From Paramecium tetraurelia (taxonomy: Eukaryota), in assembly GCA_000165425.1 (NCBI GenBank), contig CT868430.1, positions 248,001 through 312,000 of the forward strand: a DNA stretch of 64,000 nucleotides, in the 5' to 3' direction. Under the pieces are notes generated by a model. That model saw nothing but the letters and a program-made list of their open reading frames with translations, did no database searches and had not been told where the DNA came from. Below are positions 27,881 through 41,348 of the stretch, piece after piece. A program made the position numbers and the translations under genes. Every line of letters starts with the position of its first letter. The stretch's first letter is position 1.

Positions 27881-27927
27881 ATTATGATTAGCATATTAAT
27901 CTATAATATTTACAATTAATTATAATT

Positions 27928-29016
27928 ATGAGTACTTTTGGCTAAAAGTATAGAGTAACAACTTTCGGAGAATCTCATTCCAAAGCAGTTGGTTGTGTTA
28001 TTGATGGATTTCCATCCAACTTTAAAATTGATTAAGATGCCTTGCAATACTAATTAAATCGAAGAAGACCTGGATAGACTAAATTGACAACTCAAAGAGA
28101 TGAGAAGGATAAAGCCATCATAATTAGTGGACTCAACACTTAGCATCTAACTTTAGGCAGTCCCATAATGATTATGGTCTATAATGAAGACATGCGACCA
28201 TAGGATTATAAATAATTTGATGATATTCCTCGTCCAGGTCATGCTGATTTTACATATTAAATGAAATACGAAATTAGAGCAGAAAGTGGAGGTGGTAGAT
28301 CCTCTGCAAGGGAAACTATTGGAAGAGTTTGTGGAGGGGCCATAGCTTAATAATACCTAAGTTAAATGAACGTATCAATTTCAGCCTGGGTTTCTTCTGT
28401 TGGAAACATTGAAATCCCTAAGGAAGTCTAACAATAATTGATATTGAATCCACCAACTCAAGATTAGATTGAGGAAGTTAATGCAAAATATTAATTTAGA
28501 AATCCCCATTAAGAATCAGCATTAGAAATGGTAAAATTAATTGAACAAGTAAAACTTGATAAGGATTCTATTGGAGGAACAGTAACCTGTGTGATTAAAG
28601 GGTGTCCAATTGGATTAGGTGAACCATGCTTTGATAAATTTCAAGCTGTTTTGGCACATGCTATAATGAGTATCCCAGCTACAAAGGGCTTTGAATTTGG
28701 TTCAGGTTTTGAGGGAACCAAATAAAGGGGAAGTGCTCATAATGACAGATTCAAAAATTTAAAACCAATTACTAATAATGCTGGTGGTACTTTGGGAGGC
28801 ATAACAAATGGAGAAAATATTTATTTCAAAGTGGCATTCAAACCTGTTTCTACAATAGGTCTCGAATAAGAAACCTCTAATTTCAAAGGAGAAGATATAA
28901 TTTTAGAGGCTCATGGTCGTCATGATCCTTGTGTAGTTAGCAGAGCTGTGCCAGTAGTTGAAAGCATGGCAGCAATTGTGGTTCTTGATTTGTATCTATT
29001 GAGTAAATAAAAATGA
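27928..29016 (+). CDS. aroC: Chorismate synthase (362 aa, intronless)
   Basis: [48 protein letters not shown] and GRHDPCVV. Confidence 0.97.
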
Positions 29017-29036
29017 GTATTTTTTATAATAATAAA

Positions 29037-32000
29037 ATGAAAGTAATGGAATAAATGGAAGCAGCCATTAAATCGAATGATACGGTGACTAAACTACTTC
29101 CAGCCCTTAAGTTAATAACTAACTCTTTGCCATTTCCAGATCGTCACACTTACATCAAAGATCCCAGGTTAATTAAGCTACTGTTAATTGTTTACCCATT
29201 GTTGCCAGAAGCAATAGATATGATTTTGGGACAGTTACTTAATGTGTTCAAAGAGTCAGTGGAATGGATTAAGGGCTGTTGTAAGGCCATTGAAGAGTAC
29301 GCAGTCTTTAAATCGAACACGATCAGCTCGTCGAAATTTTACTCCCTTGAATATTTTTAATAAGTTCTTCATTGTGCAGCAGAAGCGTGGTAACTCAATT
29401 AAGCCATATTTTCATAGTTTAGAATTGGATGACATCTGTTATGGTTTTATTATATTTTTGAAACATGCAGAGTCAGAGAAGATGGTGTTGCACATTATGA
29501 ATAAGATTGAAGCCGTTAAGGAAGAGTATGGATATGGAATCAGGTCTCTTAGTTAGTTTTGTGAATTGGTTGAATCAAGTAATCATTATTATATGTTTAG
29601 CCGTTCTGCAACTGTACCAAGAAGAAAGCAATAAAAACACTGAAGATTAACATTTCAGGTCAGTTGCCATTGGATTACAAGAGAGTCAGAACAGAAGAGG
29701 GCTGCATCATTAAAATACTATTTCATCACCTTCAATGAGATCACCTGCTGTATCCAGGTAAAGATCTGAATCCTTTGGATCTCTCAATGATGAGATTGTA
29801 GATAATCTCAACATTGAGGAAATCCTTATCCAAGAAAAACCTCGAATCCTTGATTCTGAATAAGCAGAATATTTCAAATCCAATGAAAGACTCTAAAATC
29901 TGATATACTTCATTACAGATCCTTATCTCTCATAACCTAGTCTTATATTTGATACTGATTTACTTGCAGAACACTCAATTGAATTTGATGAAAACGATTA
30001 CAAAAAATTTAAGAATATCAAAATAGATAAATTGTTTACAATTAGGTCGTTTAAGACTTTGCTCTTTCTAACAGATGTGCATAATCACAAATTGTTAACA
30101 GAAGCCAACAATCATCTCACCTAAATCATCTGTAAATTTAATTAAAATATGGTAGTTCGATCAATCTCAGGGTTTCTTCAGAACAATTAATCTATTGGTA
30201 ACATCACTCATGTTGTGGCCCTTATTTAATTTTATCTAAAGAATGACACTAAAGATACGATATATTACTTTCTATATTGCAATCTTCACTTCTAGTTCTT
30301 AGATTATATATGTATATTATTATAATATGAATCTAAATAGATAATTCACATGTCATTGACATTTTGATCAGATTCATTGATCCAACCTACAGCAGAATCC
30401 CCTCCTAATTAAAGGATGAAATTTGGCATTTCTTGAATAGCCAAGGCTTCATCTCATACATCATTGGCCGCATTATTAACAAGGAGTACTTGGGTGTGAA
30501 TCGAAAAGAATTTCATATTTCAAAAGAAGGATATAACATTCTCAAACGTATCTATGACCAAAAGGTTATTAATGGTAAATAATCTATTCATATTTCAGAT
30601 GAAAATACATCAGAGCAGCATACTTATAATTTGAGTTCTAATTTAGATCAACATCTGGGTCCATTGATGCCTGCAAAAACTATTTAATAAAATTTAATTA
30701 AAAAGAAAAGAGTCTTGCATGCAGCTTAAACTTAAATTTATACGAGGAGACATTCAGGAACAGCCATGACTGGAAAATTCAATAAGATTATACTCGTTGA
30801 AAATATACATCTCTCAGAGTTAAATGGAAACCAATAGGATATCGATAGGTTTAAAGATGTTATTTAGTTTTACCATAATAATCAACTTGAAAATGAAGAT
30901 GCAATCACTCCTAATCAGGTTACAACTAAATTAGGTAGTGAGAAGAGCATACCCAAATAAACTCATAGAAGTGTATAAAGTGATCAGTTCTTCAAATCAG
31001 ATTTCTTAAATAATCAGGCAGATACTAAACCAGTCGATATTAAATCATTTTTAAGTGAAAATAAATCAGTTGATACAAAATTACCATCGCTCAGATCAAG
31101 TACAAAAATTAGTGGCGGTAGTGTACATACAAGCAGAGTTATAAGACAATCCTCAAAATAAGGATAGGAATTAGTTTTTAAGAAGAAGTCATTAAAAATA
31201 GACAATATTGAAGAGATTTCTAATAATTTTAAAAAACTTAACAATCCTATTTCATCCCCTACTTCTGCTTCAAGATGCCACAAGTTTTATCCAAATAGTG
31301 ATATCAGTGTTGTTGACCATATAATGAGAGAAGAGTATTAAGAATATATACAATATAATAATGAATTCATTTCTTATTAAAATAGTCAACTATTAAATTT
31401 GATTGTTAACACATTTGAATGTTTAAGTTATAAATTTTAGGCCTAAAATGATTGCTTTACACAAATAATTGATGAGAAACTGTTTAACTTTGAAAAACTA
31501 ATTAAACATTACACTTTAAAAATCTTAGAACCTGAAAATGGTAGTGCTTATGAAGTGGGATTCTTGATAATCAATGTACTTAAGAAGTTATCTAATTGCA
31601 ATAGTCTTTAGGAACAATGCAATAAGATTTATAGAAATCAAATTCCAAGATTATGCAGGAACATTTCTTTATTAAATAAATAATAGCAATTTCCATAGTA
31701 ATTACATTTACAATCATATTCAGTAAATGTCATAGGAACCTAGAAATTAATGATATATGAGATTTTATAGCTTATGGTTTGCAATGTTAGAATAAAATAT
31801 TCAAACATCTTTATTAAATTGAATGATGCTGCTATGCACATATTAACTATTTAATTCCATACTAGTTTTCATAATGGAGTATATTAACGAATCTTCATGA
31901 CGTTAGTTAGACATTTATTTGTTTATGCTTCTGAGAAATAATTGCTGAGTTTGGTTTTCAAAGTGAATCTTATTGAGTCAATCCATGCTGCTTATAAAAA

Positions 32001-32259
32001 TACTGTAATCAATAGAGTCGTAATTAAAGAGTGGAATACAGAACAATATATACTTTATTTGCAGCAACTAAGCTAATTGATAATTAATGCTTTTGATTTG
32101 AGAGAGGACTTAAAACAACTGAGATAATCTTTAATTAGATTATAATCTTATTAAAAGTTAAAAGAGCTATCCTCCATATCCTAATTTAAATTTGACGTTA
32201 ATCAATACACCAGAGAACTCATAGGCGCAGAATAACAATTAGTTAAAATTAAATTATGA
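29037..32259 (+). CDS. Large hypothetical helical protein, with a C-terminal part weakly resembling SAPS/SIT4-associated proteins
   Basis: Continuous code-6 frame after several short introns, with Ser-rich linkers. The family guess is weak. Confidence 0.6.
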
Positions 32260-32288
32260 TTATAATTTATGATTTTTATTTATTGATA

Positions 32289-35031
32289 TCAATGTTTTAT
32301 TTTATCAGCCATTTCTTATTATGATTTGCTCAAAGCAACACCTTTGACTCTTTCATGTTTTTAAGCTGCTGGTTCTGGAACCTTGATAGGTTTCAACTGC
32401 CAAATATCTTCAGCATACTCGTAGATAGTCCTATCACTGCTAAATTTATAAGATCTGATGGCATTATAAATACTCTTCTTAGCCCACTCATTTGGTTAGC
32501 GATACAGATCATCAACCTATAATACTTTAATGAATTATTACCTATTGTTATGCCTTGATGTAATCTTTGAAATCTTAACCAACTAAATAATTATCATTCT
32601 TATATCTAATACTATCGACAATCCATTTCAATTCTTCATTATGTCCAAATCTTCCGTTATCAATTTCTGTAAATACTTTAAGTAATTCTTATGGGAAATA
32701 TTCGTGAGGATCAGTATTTCTCATTTTTTCTTTCATGTTATCTACATCCTCCACTTAAGTTCCAAAAATAAAGATATTTTCTCTGCCAACTGCTTCATCA
32801 ATTTCTACATTGGCTCCATCTAAAGTACCTAAGATGAGACAGCCGTTCATAATAAACTTCATATTTGAAGTACCAGAAGCTTCTGTTCCTGCAGTTGAGA
32901 TGTGTTAAGACAATTCTGCAGCAGGAATAATAATTTAAGCATTACTTACATTATAATTTGGCATAAACACTACTTTTAAGAGATCTCCAATTTGATGATC
33001 ATTATTAATAACATCAGCAACTGAATTGATTAATTTAATGACTCTTTTTGCATTAACATATCCAGGAGCTGCTTTACCACCAAAACATACACTTCTAGGA
33101 ACAATCCTCTTTCTCTCTTCAGGAGTTGATTCCTTTATGATCAAATATCTATAGATCACATATAGAATATTCATCAATTATCTTTTGTATTCATGTATTC
33201 TTTTCACTTATATATCAAACAATGAATCAACATTTAAATCAACTTAACAAGTCTTTCTGATCCAATGAACAAATCTCTCTTTGTTTTCTATTTTAATCAT
33301 CTAAAATTCCCTAACAAATTGAGGATCAGAAACATGGGACTCCAATTATTTCAATTACTCCATATCTAAGACCCATTTGTCACTGCCTAATACTCTATCA
33401 TATAATGCAGCTAATGCTGGATTAGCACATCTGACCCATCTTCTAGGAGTGACTCCATTGGTTTTATTTTAAAATTTATTTGGATGCATTTCAAAGAACT
33501 CTTTGAAAATAGTAGTTTTCAATAATTCTGTATGGATCTTTGCAACTCCATTGACAAATTTGGAACCTACAATAGACAAATTGGCCATTCTGACTTTTTT
33601 AGTTCCCTCTTCTTCCACAATAGAGAGAGCACTTAATTTGCCCCAATTGTTTGGATACTTCTATTATACTTTTTCCAAAAACAAGAAATTAATTAAGTAG
33701 ATGATTTCCAAATGTCTTGGAAGTAATTTCTCAATCAAAGGCACTCCCCATTTCTCCAATGCTTCTGGTAATACTGTATGATTGGTGTAATTGAATGACT
33801 TAGTTACTATTTACCAAGCAGACATGTTGTCCAATTACTCAATATCTATCAAAATACGAAGCAATTCAACAATAGCCAAGGCAGGATGAGTATCATTTAA
33901 TTATACAGCCACCTTCTATGGAAAAGCATTCCAATCTAAAACCTTTCTTCTCTTGAATCTTCTTACTATATCTTACATACTTGCAGAAACCAACAGATAT
34001 TACTACTTTAATCTTAATTCCTTTCCAGCATCAGTTGAATCGTTTGGATACAAAACAGATGTTATGTATTCTGCCTTTTATCTCTACTCCAATGCTTTGA
34101 AATAATCACCTGTATTGAAACTACTAAAATCAAACTCTGAGGCTGGATGAGATTTCCATAATCTCAATGCAATTGTATTTTAAGTGTTATATCCAGGAAT
34201 GGGTGTATCATATGCTCTAGCCATAATGGTTTCACCTCCTTCCCAAACACTTCTTTCGACTCCATGATCCCATACTTTCTTAACAAAACCATAAAATCTG
34301 ATTTAATATTGGACATCCAATCTCTCAATTTCCCATGGATTTCCATGATTCAACCAAAAATCTGGAGACTCCACCTAATAACCATCTTTGATCAACTATT
34401 TGAATATTCCATAAGTATATCTTATTCCATAGCCAAATGATGGATAATTTAGAGTAGCCAAAGAATCCAAAAAACAGGCTGCCAATCTACCCAAACCTCC
34501 ATTTCCCAAAGCTGGATCCACTTCTTCATCATAGAGCTCTTCCAATTTATATCCAAGATCCATAAGTGCTTCTCTATAATCTTCTTCCAAATCCAAATTA
34601 ACCAATGCATTTTATAAGCATCTTCCAATCAAAAATTCCAAACTTAAATAGTAGATACGCTTGGCATCCATCTAATGAAAATGTAAATTTGTATCATTAA
34701 ATGCTTCAATCAATCTATCTCTTACTGAATGAGACAAAGCTTAATAACTATGAAATTTGGAGAAATCAAAGCGTGTTCTGGCCAATGTGTACTCGACATG
34801 ATGAACAATGGACTGTTACAATGCTAACTTGTCACTCCCTTAGTACGAATCCATCAATTCCCAAATTTTGGAAGTATCCCTTGGACTGGCTTGTAATCCC
34901 AAATTGCTCAACCTCTATTATCATAATATTTCGTAATTACAATATTCTGGTCTATACATGTTTGAAGGGCTTCCACCAACTTGCACTGTTGATCTACGAG
35001 TACTTGTTCTATACGTAGCTTTTTAATCCAT
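32289..35031 (-). CDS. Glycogen phosphorylase
   Basis: [57 protein letters not shown] and the PLP motif [10 protein letters not shown]. Confidence 0.97.
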
Positions 35032-36007
35032 TTTTATTTAATATATAAATAATATATATCTAAAATATTTTATTTGTATTTATATACTTTACTATAAAAT
35101 AACAGTTTAAATTAAAGTAAACTAACCTAAGTTAAGTTGTTAAAAATTTAACCTCAATATTCCTATTATTATCCCCCTTATTATCAATAAAGAAGAGCAA
35201 ATGAAGTATCATTCTCACTCTATACTAGGCTAAACTTCAACAAATGTAATTCAATACTTTTGATCAACTTCGACCTAAATTAATTATGGTAAATTTACTA
35301 TAGGTTTTGAAAAAATGAGTTCATACGAATTTTCTGGATAATAAAAATTAGTTTATAATGTTATCTAAATGAAAGAGAACTCTAAATTGAAGATCTCAGA
35401 GCCTTTTAGTGACAATTCATATAGGATTATTTAAGGATAATACCAGAAAAGAATTAATTACATTTTACAATATCATTTGTTTCATAAAATCATAACTTAG
35501 AATTTAGGAGGTGCTATTATCTTAATCTTTAGAGTTTTTAATTTGTTTAGTATTATTATTTAATAGTATATTCTATATTTAGAATTGCTCAATTAAATTC
35601 GGCATATTCTAGAAAATTAAAAGTATCAAAGAGTAAATTAATTGATATTTATTCTTATTTATGTTTCAACTCAAATGAATAAGGAATTGGGCGATTAAAA
35701 ATATTTAGAGGTAATAACAAATTTATTAATTATCATTTTCATTAAGATCTTGAGTTTTTTATTAATAGGATACTTGATTTATAAGAATCTTAGAAATAAG
35801 GTAATTAATAAAATGCATGAACTGAATTGAGAAATGATACAAAGAAAATAATCATCTCCCTATTTTCACCGGAAGGCCATAAAAATAAAACTCAAATGCA
35901 CTGTTAAATGAGATTTATGCGGCAGAATTACAGCTAGTGATAGATCTTTAGGTATTGGCAGATATAAGAGGAATATTGAAAGATGAAGTCATATTTAAAA
36001 TTAATTT

Positions 36008-36921
36008 ATGGCTTAATAAGATAAATATCTATTCTCAGAAACCTAATGGCGATTATTTTCAGGAGCAATATCAGGTGCAGTTTCTCGATCTTTCGTTGCG
36101 CCTATAGAGAGAACTATCATTCTTAAGCAAACAAATGCCTCTAATTACTAAAGAAAATCATTGATCAGATGTCTTTATGTGATGTACACCTAAGAAGGAG
36201 CAAAAAGCATGTTCAAAGGGAATGGAGCTAACTGCTTAAGAATTGCTCCTTTTTAAGCGATTGAGTTTTATCTGTTTGACATACTCAAGAATACTTTTTA
36301 ATTTAACAACTAAAATGCATAGAATATTTCAATGTTAATTTTTGGAGCATTTTCAGGAGCTCTAGCAACAATGACCGTTTATCCTTTCGATTTAGTCAAA
36401 ACAATATTAGCTGTTTAAACAAGTAATCTATTATTATTAAATAGACTAGGAATACAAGGGAATCACTGATTGTTTAGTTAAAATAGTCTAAAGAAAGGGT
36501 CCATTAGCATTATTTAAAGGGTTATCTGCTACATTGATTGGCATATCTCCTTATTCCAGCTTTAAGCTAACCTTTTTCTAAATATTGCGTTAAAAATTAT
36601 CATCTCTTATGGGCTTTATAAATAAAGACACACAAAATCTCATATTTGGTGGTTTGGCAGGATGTATGGCATTAAGCATAACTTATCCTACAGATGTTAT
36701 AAGAAGACGATTATAGGTTTAGATTTTATCTGGTAATAATTAATTTTATAATAGGAAAACAACATGACAGTTATATAGAGACAATGAAATTAATGTATAA
36801 GGAATAAGGCTTGATTGTATTTTATAGAGGATTATTTTGTACTTATGCTAAGGTTATGCCAGCAACAGCAATTGCATTCACAATCAACGAAAAATTAAAA
36901 AGAATTAGAGATCTACATTGA
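36008..36921 (+). CDS. Mitochondrial carrier (SLC25), nucleotide/CoA-carrier-like
   Basis: Three carrier signatures (PIERTII, PFDLVKT, PTDVIRRR) and FKGNGANCLRIAP. Confidence 0.92.
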
Positions 36922-36949
36922 TACGATTTCAATTATATATATATAAGTA

Positions 36950-38144
36950 ATGTATCTAATCATTTATTGCATTGTCCATATTTCGATTGCTGTTTAGACT
37001 TTAAGATAAGTGCAGGATTAAAATGCCTTGTGTTTGGATGGTACAAGAGCTGTATGATCTTTGTCTATTTTAGAGTTACTATTATGAATAAGGATATGGA
37101 GATGGAGCAGACAAATATTTGATCTTTTACGAGGGGGGAGGATGGATTCAGGGATTCGATTAAGCTGAATTGTTGCAACAGGCATATGATCGTTCTAATA
37201 CGAATATGGGAAGTTCAAAGTTTTCGGCAGCAACAACTTAGATGGATGGATTGTTCAATAGGAATCAAAACGTGAATCCTTACTTTTACAATTGGAATAC
37301 GATATTTGTTAACTATTGTGATGGAACAGGACACTAAGGGTATAGGGCTTAACCTTTGTAAATAAAAGACAAGACTATATGGATGAGAGGAGAATTAATA
37401 TTTAAATCAATATTTTCAGAGCATTTGTCAAAGCTGAGTTAGGCAAAAAAGGTTGTGGTATCTGGTTGTTCTGCAGGAGGACTAGCTGCTTTTAGTTGGA
37501 TACAATACATTAGAGATCGGTTACCAAGCAGTGTCTAAGTTTTGTTAGCTCCAGATTCAGGTATCTTTCTGGATTTGCAACCATATGACGGTGCTTAGGC
37601 TGCTAGTGATAGAAGATAGAAACAATATCATAAACTAGTAAACGAGGAAGTGGATCCAATAAATGAATACTGTGTGAAAAGCTATCCAAATGAGAAGTGG
37701 AAATGTCATTTTGCTTAGTATCTCCTACAATACATCAATGTGCCTGTGTTCTTTATGCAATCTTTGTATGATACAGCATGTATTCCAAATATATTGCATA
37801 TATATAATGCTTGGGATTACACATTAACAAGATGTGACAACAAAGAGAGAACTTGCATAGAGGCAATGCGTAAATAGATTACAAATCTCATTAATGATAG
37901 AAAATTAGCAGATCCTAAAACTGGAGCATTTGGTGTTGCTTGTCTTGAACATTGGTATCAAATTTAGTATTATTGTAGCTTCACTCAAAAATCGATATTC
38001 TACACTCCAAACTGGGCCATTCCTAACGGATCCTCATGGACTATTGCTAATTCTCTTGGATAATGGGTGCAAAACCTAGAGGTGAATAATATACATATTG
38101 ATAATGTATATTGGCCAGACAATAAGGGATGTTCGAATATTTGA
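36950..38144 (+). CDS. Secreted pectinacetylesterase/Notum-family carboxylesterase
   Basis: A hydrophobic N-terminus, then ALCLDG, EGGGW, NPYFYNWN..VNYCDG, the catalytic GCSAGG, DSG and CLEH. Confidence 0.9.
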
Positions 38145-38156
38145 ATATTAAAATTA

Positions 38157-39571
38157 ATGTCCTAACAGAAAAATCAAAAGAATATTGTGGTATACAATTA
38201 TGAACCTCATCCAAAGACTTTGACTGAATAAGTTACCAATATTCAATAATCTCAAATACAGCCTGACGATTCGCCCTTCAATGTTTCTAAGATATTGAAA
38301 GTTAAACAATAACAAAGCAACATCTTTCATCTCCCTTAGTAGGATCTTGTAGATTACAGTAAAGTCACCCCAAATTAAAATGCAGAAAGTAAGGATTCAT
38401 AAAAATACTAGAAATCTTGCCATTTGACATGTTCTGGTGGAATAGTTAAAATTTAAAAGAAAACAAGAAAACAGATGCCAATAATCCCATTATTCCTAAT
38501 GTGCACATGATTTAAAGCAGACCTTAAACTGCCGCTTAGCAAAGAGTGAGTACAGAGTCCCACAATTAAAAACTAACTGAATAACAATTCCTTCAAATTT
38601 AACAATAGCAATACTAATAATTTTTGCAATTATAATAACAATAACAACAAAAGCCTTAATAATAATAATAGTTATAACAAATTGATTAATAATAATAGAA
38701 TCCAAATCCAAATCCATATGATATAATAAAAGAGCATAACCTCATGATTGAAACTGCATCATTTGCAGTACAAGATAATAATAATTAATCATTATAATAA
38801 TAATAATCTAATTAGTTGTAGAATCCAGCTAAAGTATATGATAAAGTGAACAATCCAAATACTGAGTTGAAATAAAAAAATCCCAATTTCTCTGATGTTT
38901 TTGGAAATGGTCTGGAAAAATATTATCAATAAAAACCATAACAAAATAGTGGAAGAAAACAATAAGTTGAATACATGTAAGAAAGTGAGCTTTATGGGGC
39001 TAAATATCATTAAAGATAAATGCTAAAGGGTATGAGTTCTTAAATGGATACACACAAATATTACGATCAAATGTTAGATAAACAAAATCAGGATTAAATT
39101 AAATCAAAGCAACCAAAAAGTAAATCGCAGTCTCCTTAAGCTTCGCCTGGTAAGAATCTAGAATAAGATGAGAAATTGTTTCCCAAACCATAATACACTG
39201 AAATGAGTATCAGAGGTATGGGAAAGGAAATCAATTGGGAAAAGTTGAGTACACAATTAAATGCTGTTTAAATGCAATTAGCAGATATTACTGTTGTGAA
39301 AGACAAGCAAGGAAAGATCAAGCAACACAAGATAATAATAAAATATTTTGATTAAGGAAATTTATAAGGTGTTAAATAATGGGTTCTCACATAAGGAGGA
39401 AGATTAGTTGAAGAAAGAGTATTGGAGTCAGAAGAGGAATTCAAGAAAATGATCTAATTAAAGGAGGGACCAAAACAAAGGCCCTTGAGAATAGCTGAAG
39501 AGAAGGAAAGATTAAAGCAGTAAAAAAAGAGACCGTAAAGTGCAGTTCCCGTTTAAAAGTAAAAGAAATGA
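38157..39571 (+). CDS. Hypothetical Gln-rich protein
   Basis: Open code-6 frame with Q/P-rich tracts and short SNIF/SDVF motifs. Confidence 0.65.
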
Positions 39572-39717
39572 TACAATTTAATTTTATATCTAAAATATTC
39601 GGTTTTTAATTTAAAGATCCTTTTTGATATTGAATATAATAGACCTTTCCGAAGTTTCCTCTTGAATAGCATAATGTATATCTAAACTTAAAAAGAATTG
39701 ATCTAAAACATTAATTA

Positions 39718-40546
39718 ATGTAGCATATGCAGTAACATTATTCTTAATAACATTTGGCTCCCTCCTATCCACCTTAATAAAGGAATGTGTCCAGCTCGCC
39801 CATGTAAAGACAGTTCCCTGTTCAACCCTTCACTCCAACCCAAAACCTCGGTGGCTAGAATGAAGGAATGAAACCTTATTCTACAGATATGAGAGAGAGA
39901 AGTAGATAAATGCAAAATACGCCCTAAAACAATGCACAATCTATGGAGAGCATGGCATTGCGAATTCAAACTCTTGAGAAGGAAAACTAAAGTCTTAAGA
40001 GATAGTTAGAAAATGCTAATCAATAAATCCAAGCATTAAATCAGAAAGTCAATCAAAATGCAACTCCGAGTCTTCTAAAAACCACCACTTTTGAGCTTGT
40101 TGTCTTATAAAAAGCTGTAGAACAATTGGAAGGCCTTAAAAATGGATTACAGAAAAAAAAATTGCAGGGTAGCAACAATTAAACTACAATACCTGATTCT
40201 TAAAAGGAGGGGTACAGTGAACTCAAAAGTAAAGTTACTGTGATGGAAGAGAAGTAGTAGTAGTTAGAGCGATAACAATCTTAAGTAAGGCTGCATATTT
40301 TATTAGAATATCCTTTTGTTTCCTAAAGAACAATCGATTTAAAATTAGTAATCAAATCCTCCATCCAAAGAAGAAGTCAAAGAAGAACCAAGGTAAGGCA
40401 GAAGGATTATTGGCAATTCTCAATCTGATTAAGTTGACAACTAAACCAAAGTAAGTCCTATTAAGTATTTGAATGTAAAAGCAGGAACAAGTTAAAATGC
40501 TTTGAGAGTATCCCCCAGAAGAAAACCAGACTTAAAGTAAAATTGA
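39718..40546 (+). CDS. Hypothetical protein with a Q/P-rich N-terminus and coiled coil
   Basis: MQHMQQHYSQQHLAPSYPP..., with one short intron near 40285 and a TGA at 40544. Confidence 0.65.
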
Positions 40547-41348
40547 GTACGAAAAAAAGATATGTGATTTTGCGCTAATTTATGATGAATCATTCAATAG
40601 TTAGGCTCAAAATAATCGCTACCCTCGATTCTCTATCCATTTATTTAGGTTCTCATTGTTTAAGTTGTTCTAATTAGTTATCTATTCACATCCTAATATC
40701 TATATTTATATTTTAATCTTTTTAGCTTTAAGCAATTTATTACTCTCTAATATCCATGTGATTCTCCTTAGGAAGTTTAAATTAGGATTTTTGTTAATCT
40801 GCTGCTAAATTGTATCTACAGGTCCTTATTTAAGGATTATCTTAATTGAAGCTTATCAAGAAAGTTAGGTCTTGGTCAAATTAATAGTGTTGACAATTAC
40901 AAATGATACTGACGTAGAGGAGTATAAAAAGGAGGAGTAGATGATGATAGAGAAAACATTCCTTTATACTATTTAATAGTATTTGGAAGTTATTACATTA
41001 TCATTATTACAGTTATTATTATTACTTTATGGATATACAAATATGCAAGAACAACACTGAGGTTGCTGGTTTGATACTTTTAATTGTATCAATATATGGG
41101 AAATATCTATCGTGAATTTCAAGATCATTGGTAACAATTCCAAAAAATTAAGTTTATAACTCTAAAATTTGTTATTTATAGATCAAGTGTATCAAATCAT
41201 TCAATTAATTTTATTATTTATTTCTGTAGATACAAATTGCCATTTCCTAAAATTAAATATAGTGAAAATTTCAACAATTTCTTGGATAACTATTTAAAAA
41301 GTACACCATAATAAAATAAGGGAAATTATATAAAATAGAAATTCAGTT

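Noticed and set aside
28477..28499. GT..AG stretch in aroC that looks like an intron
   Set aside because: The frame is open through it and the residues fit the expected segment before the RNP motif. Removing 23 nt would shift the frame.
40860..41075. Possible 7TM-receptor pseudogene fragment with TGA in place of Trp
   Set aside because: A second frame reads equally well and no diagnostic motif is present.
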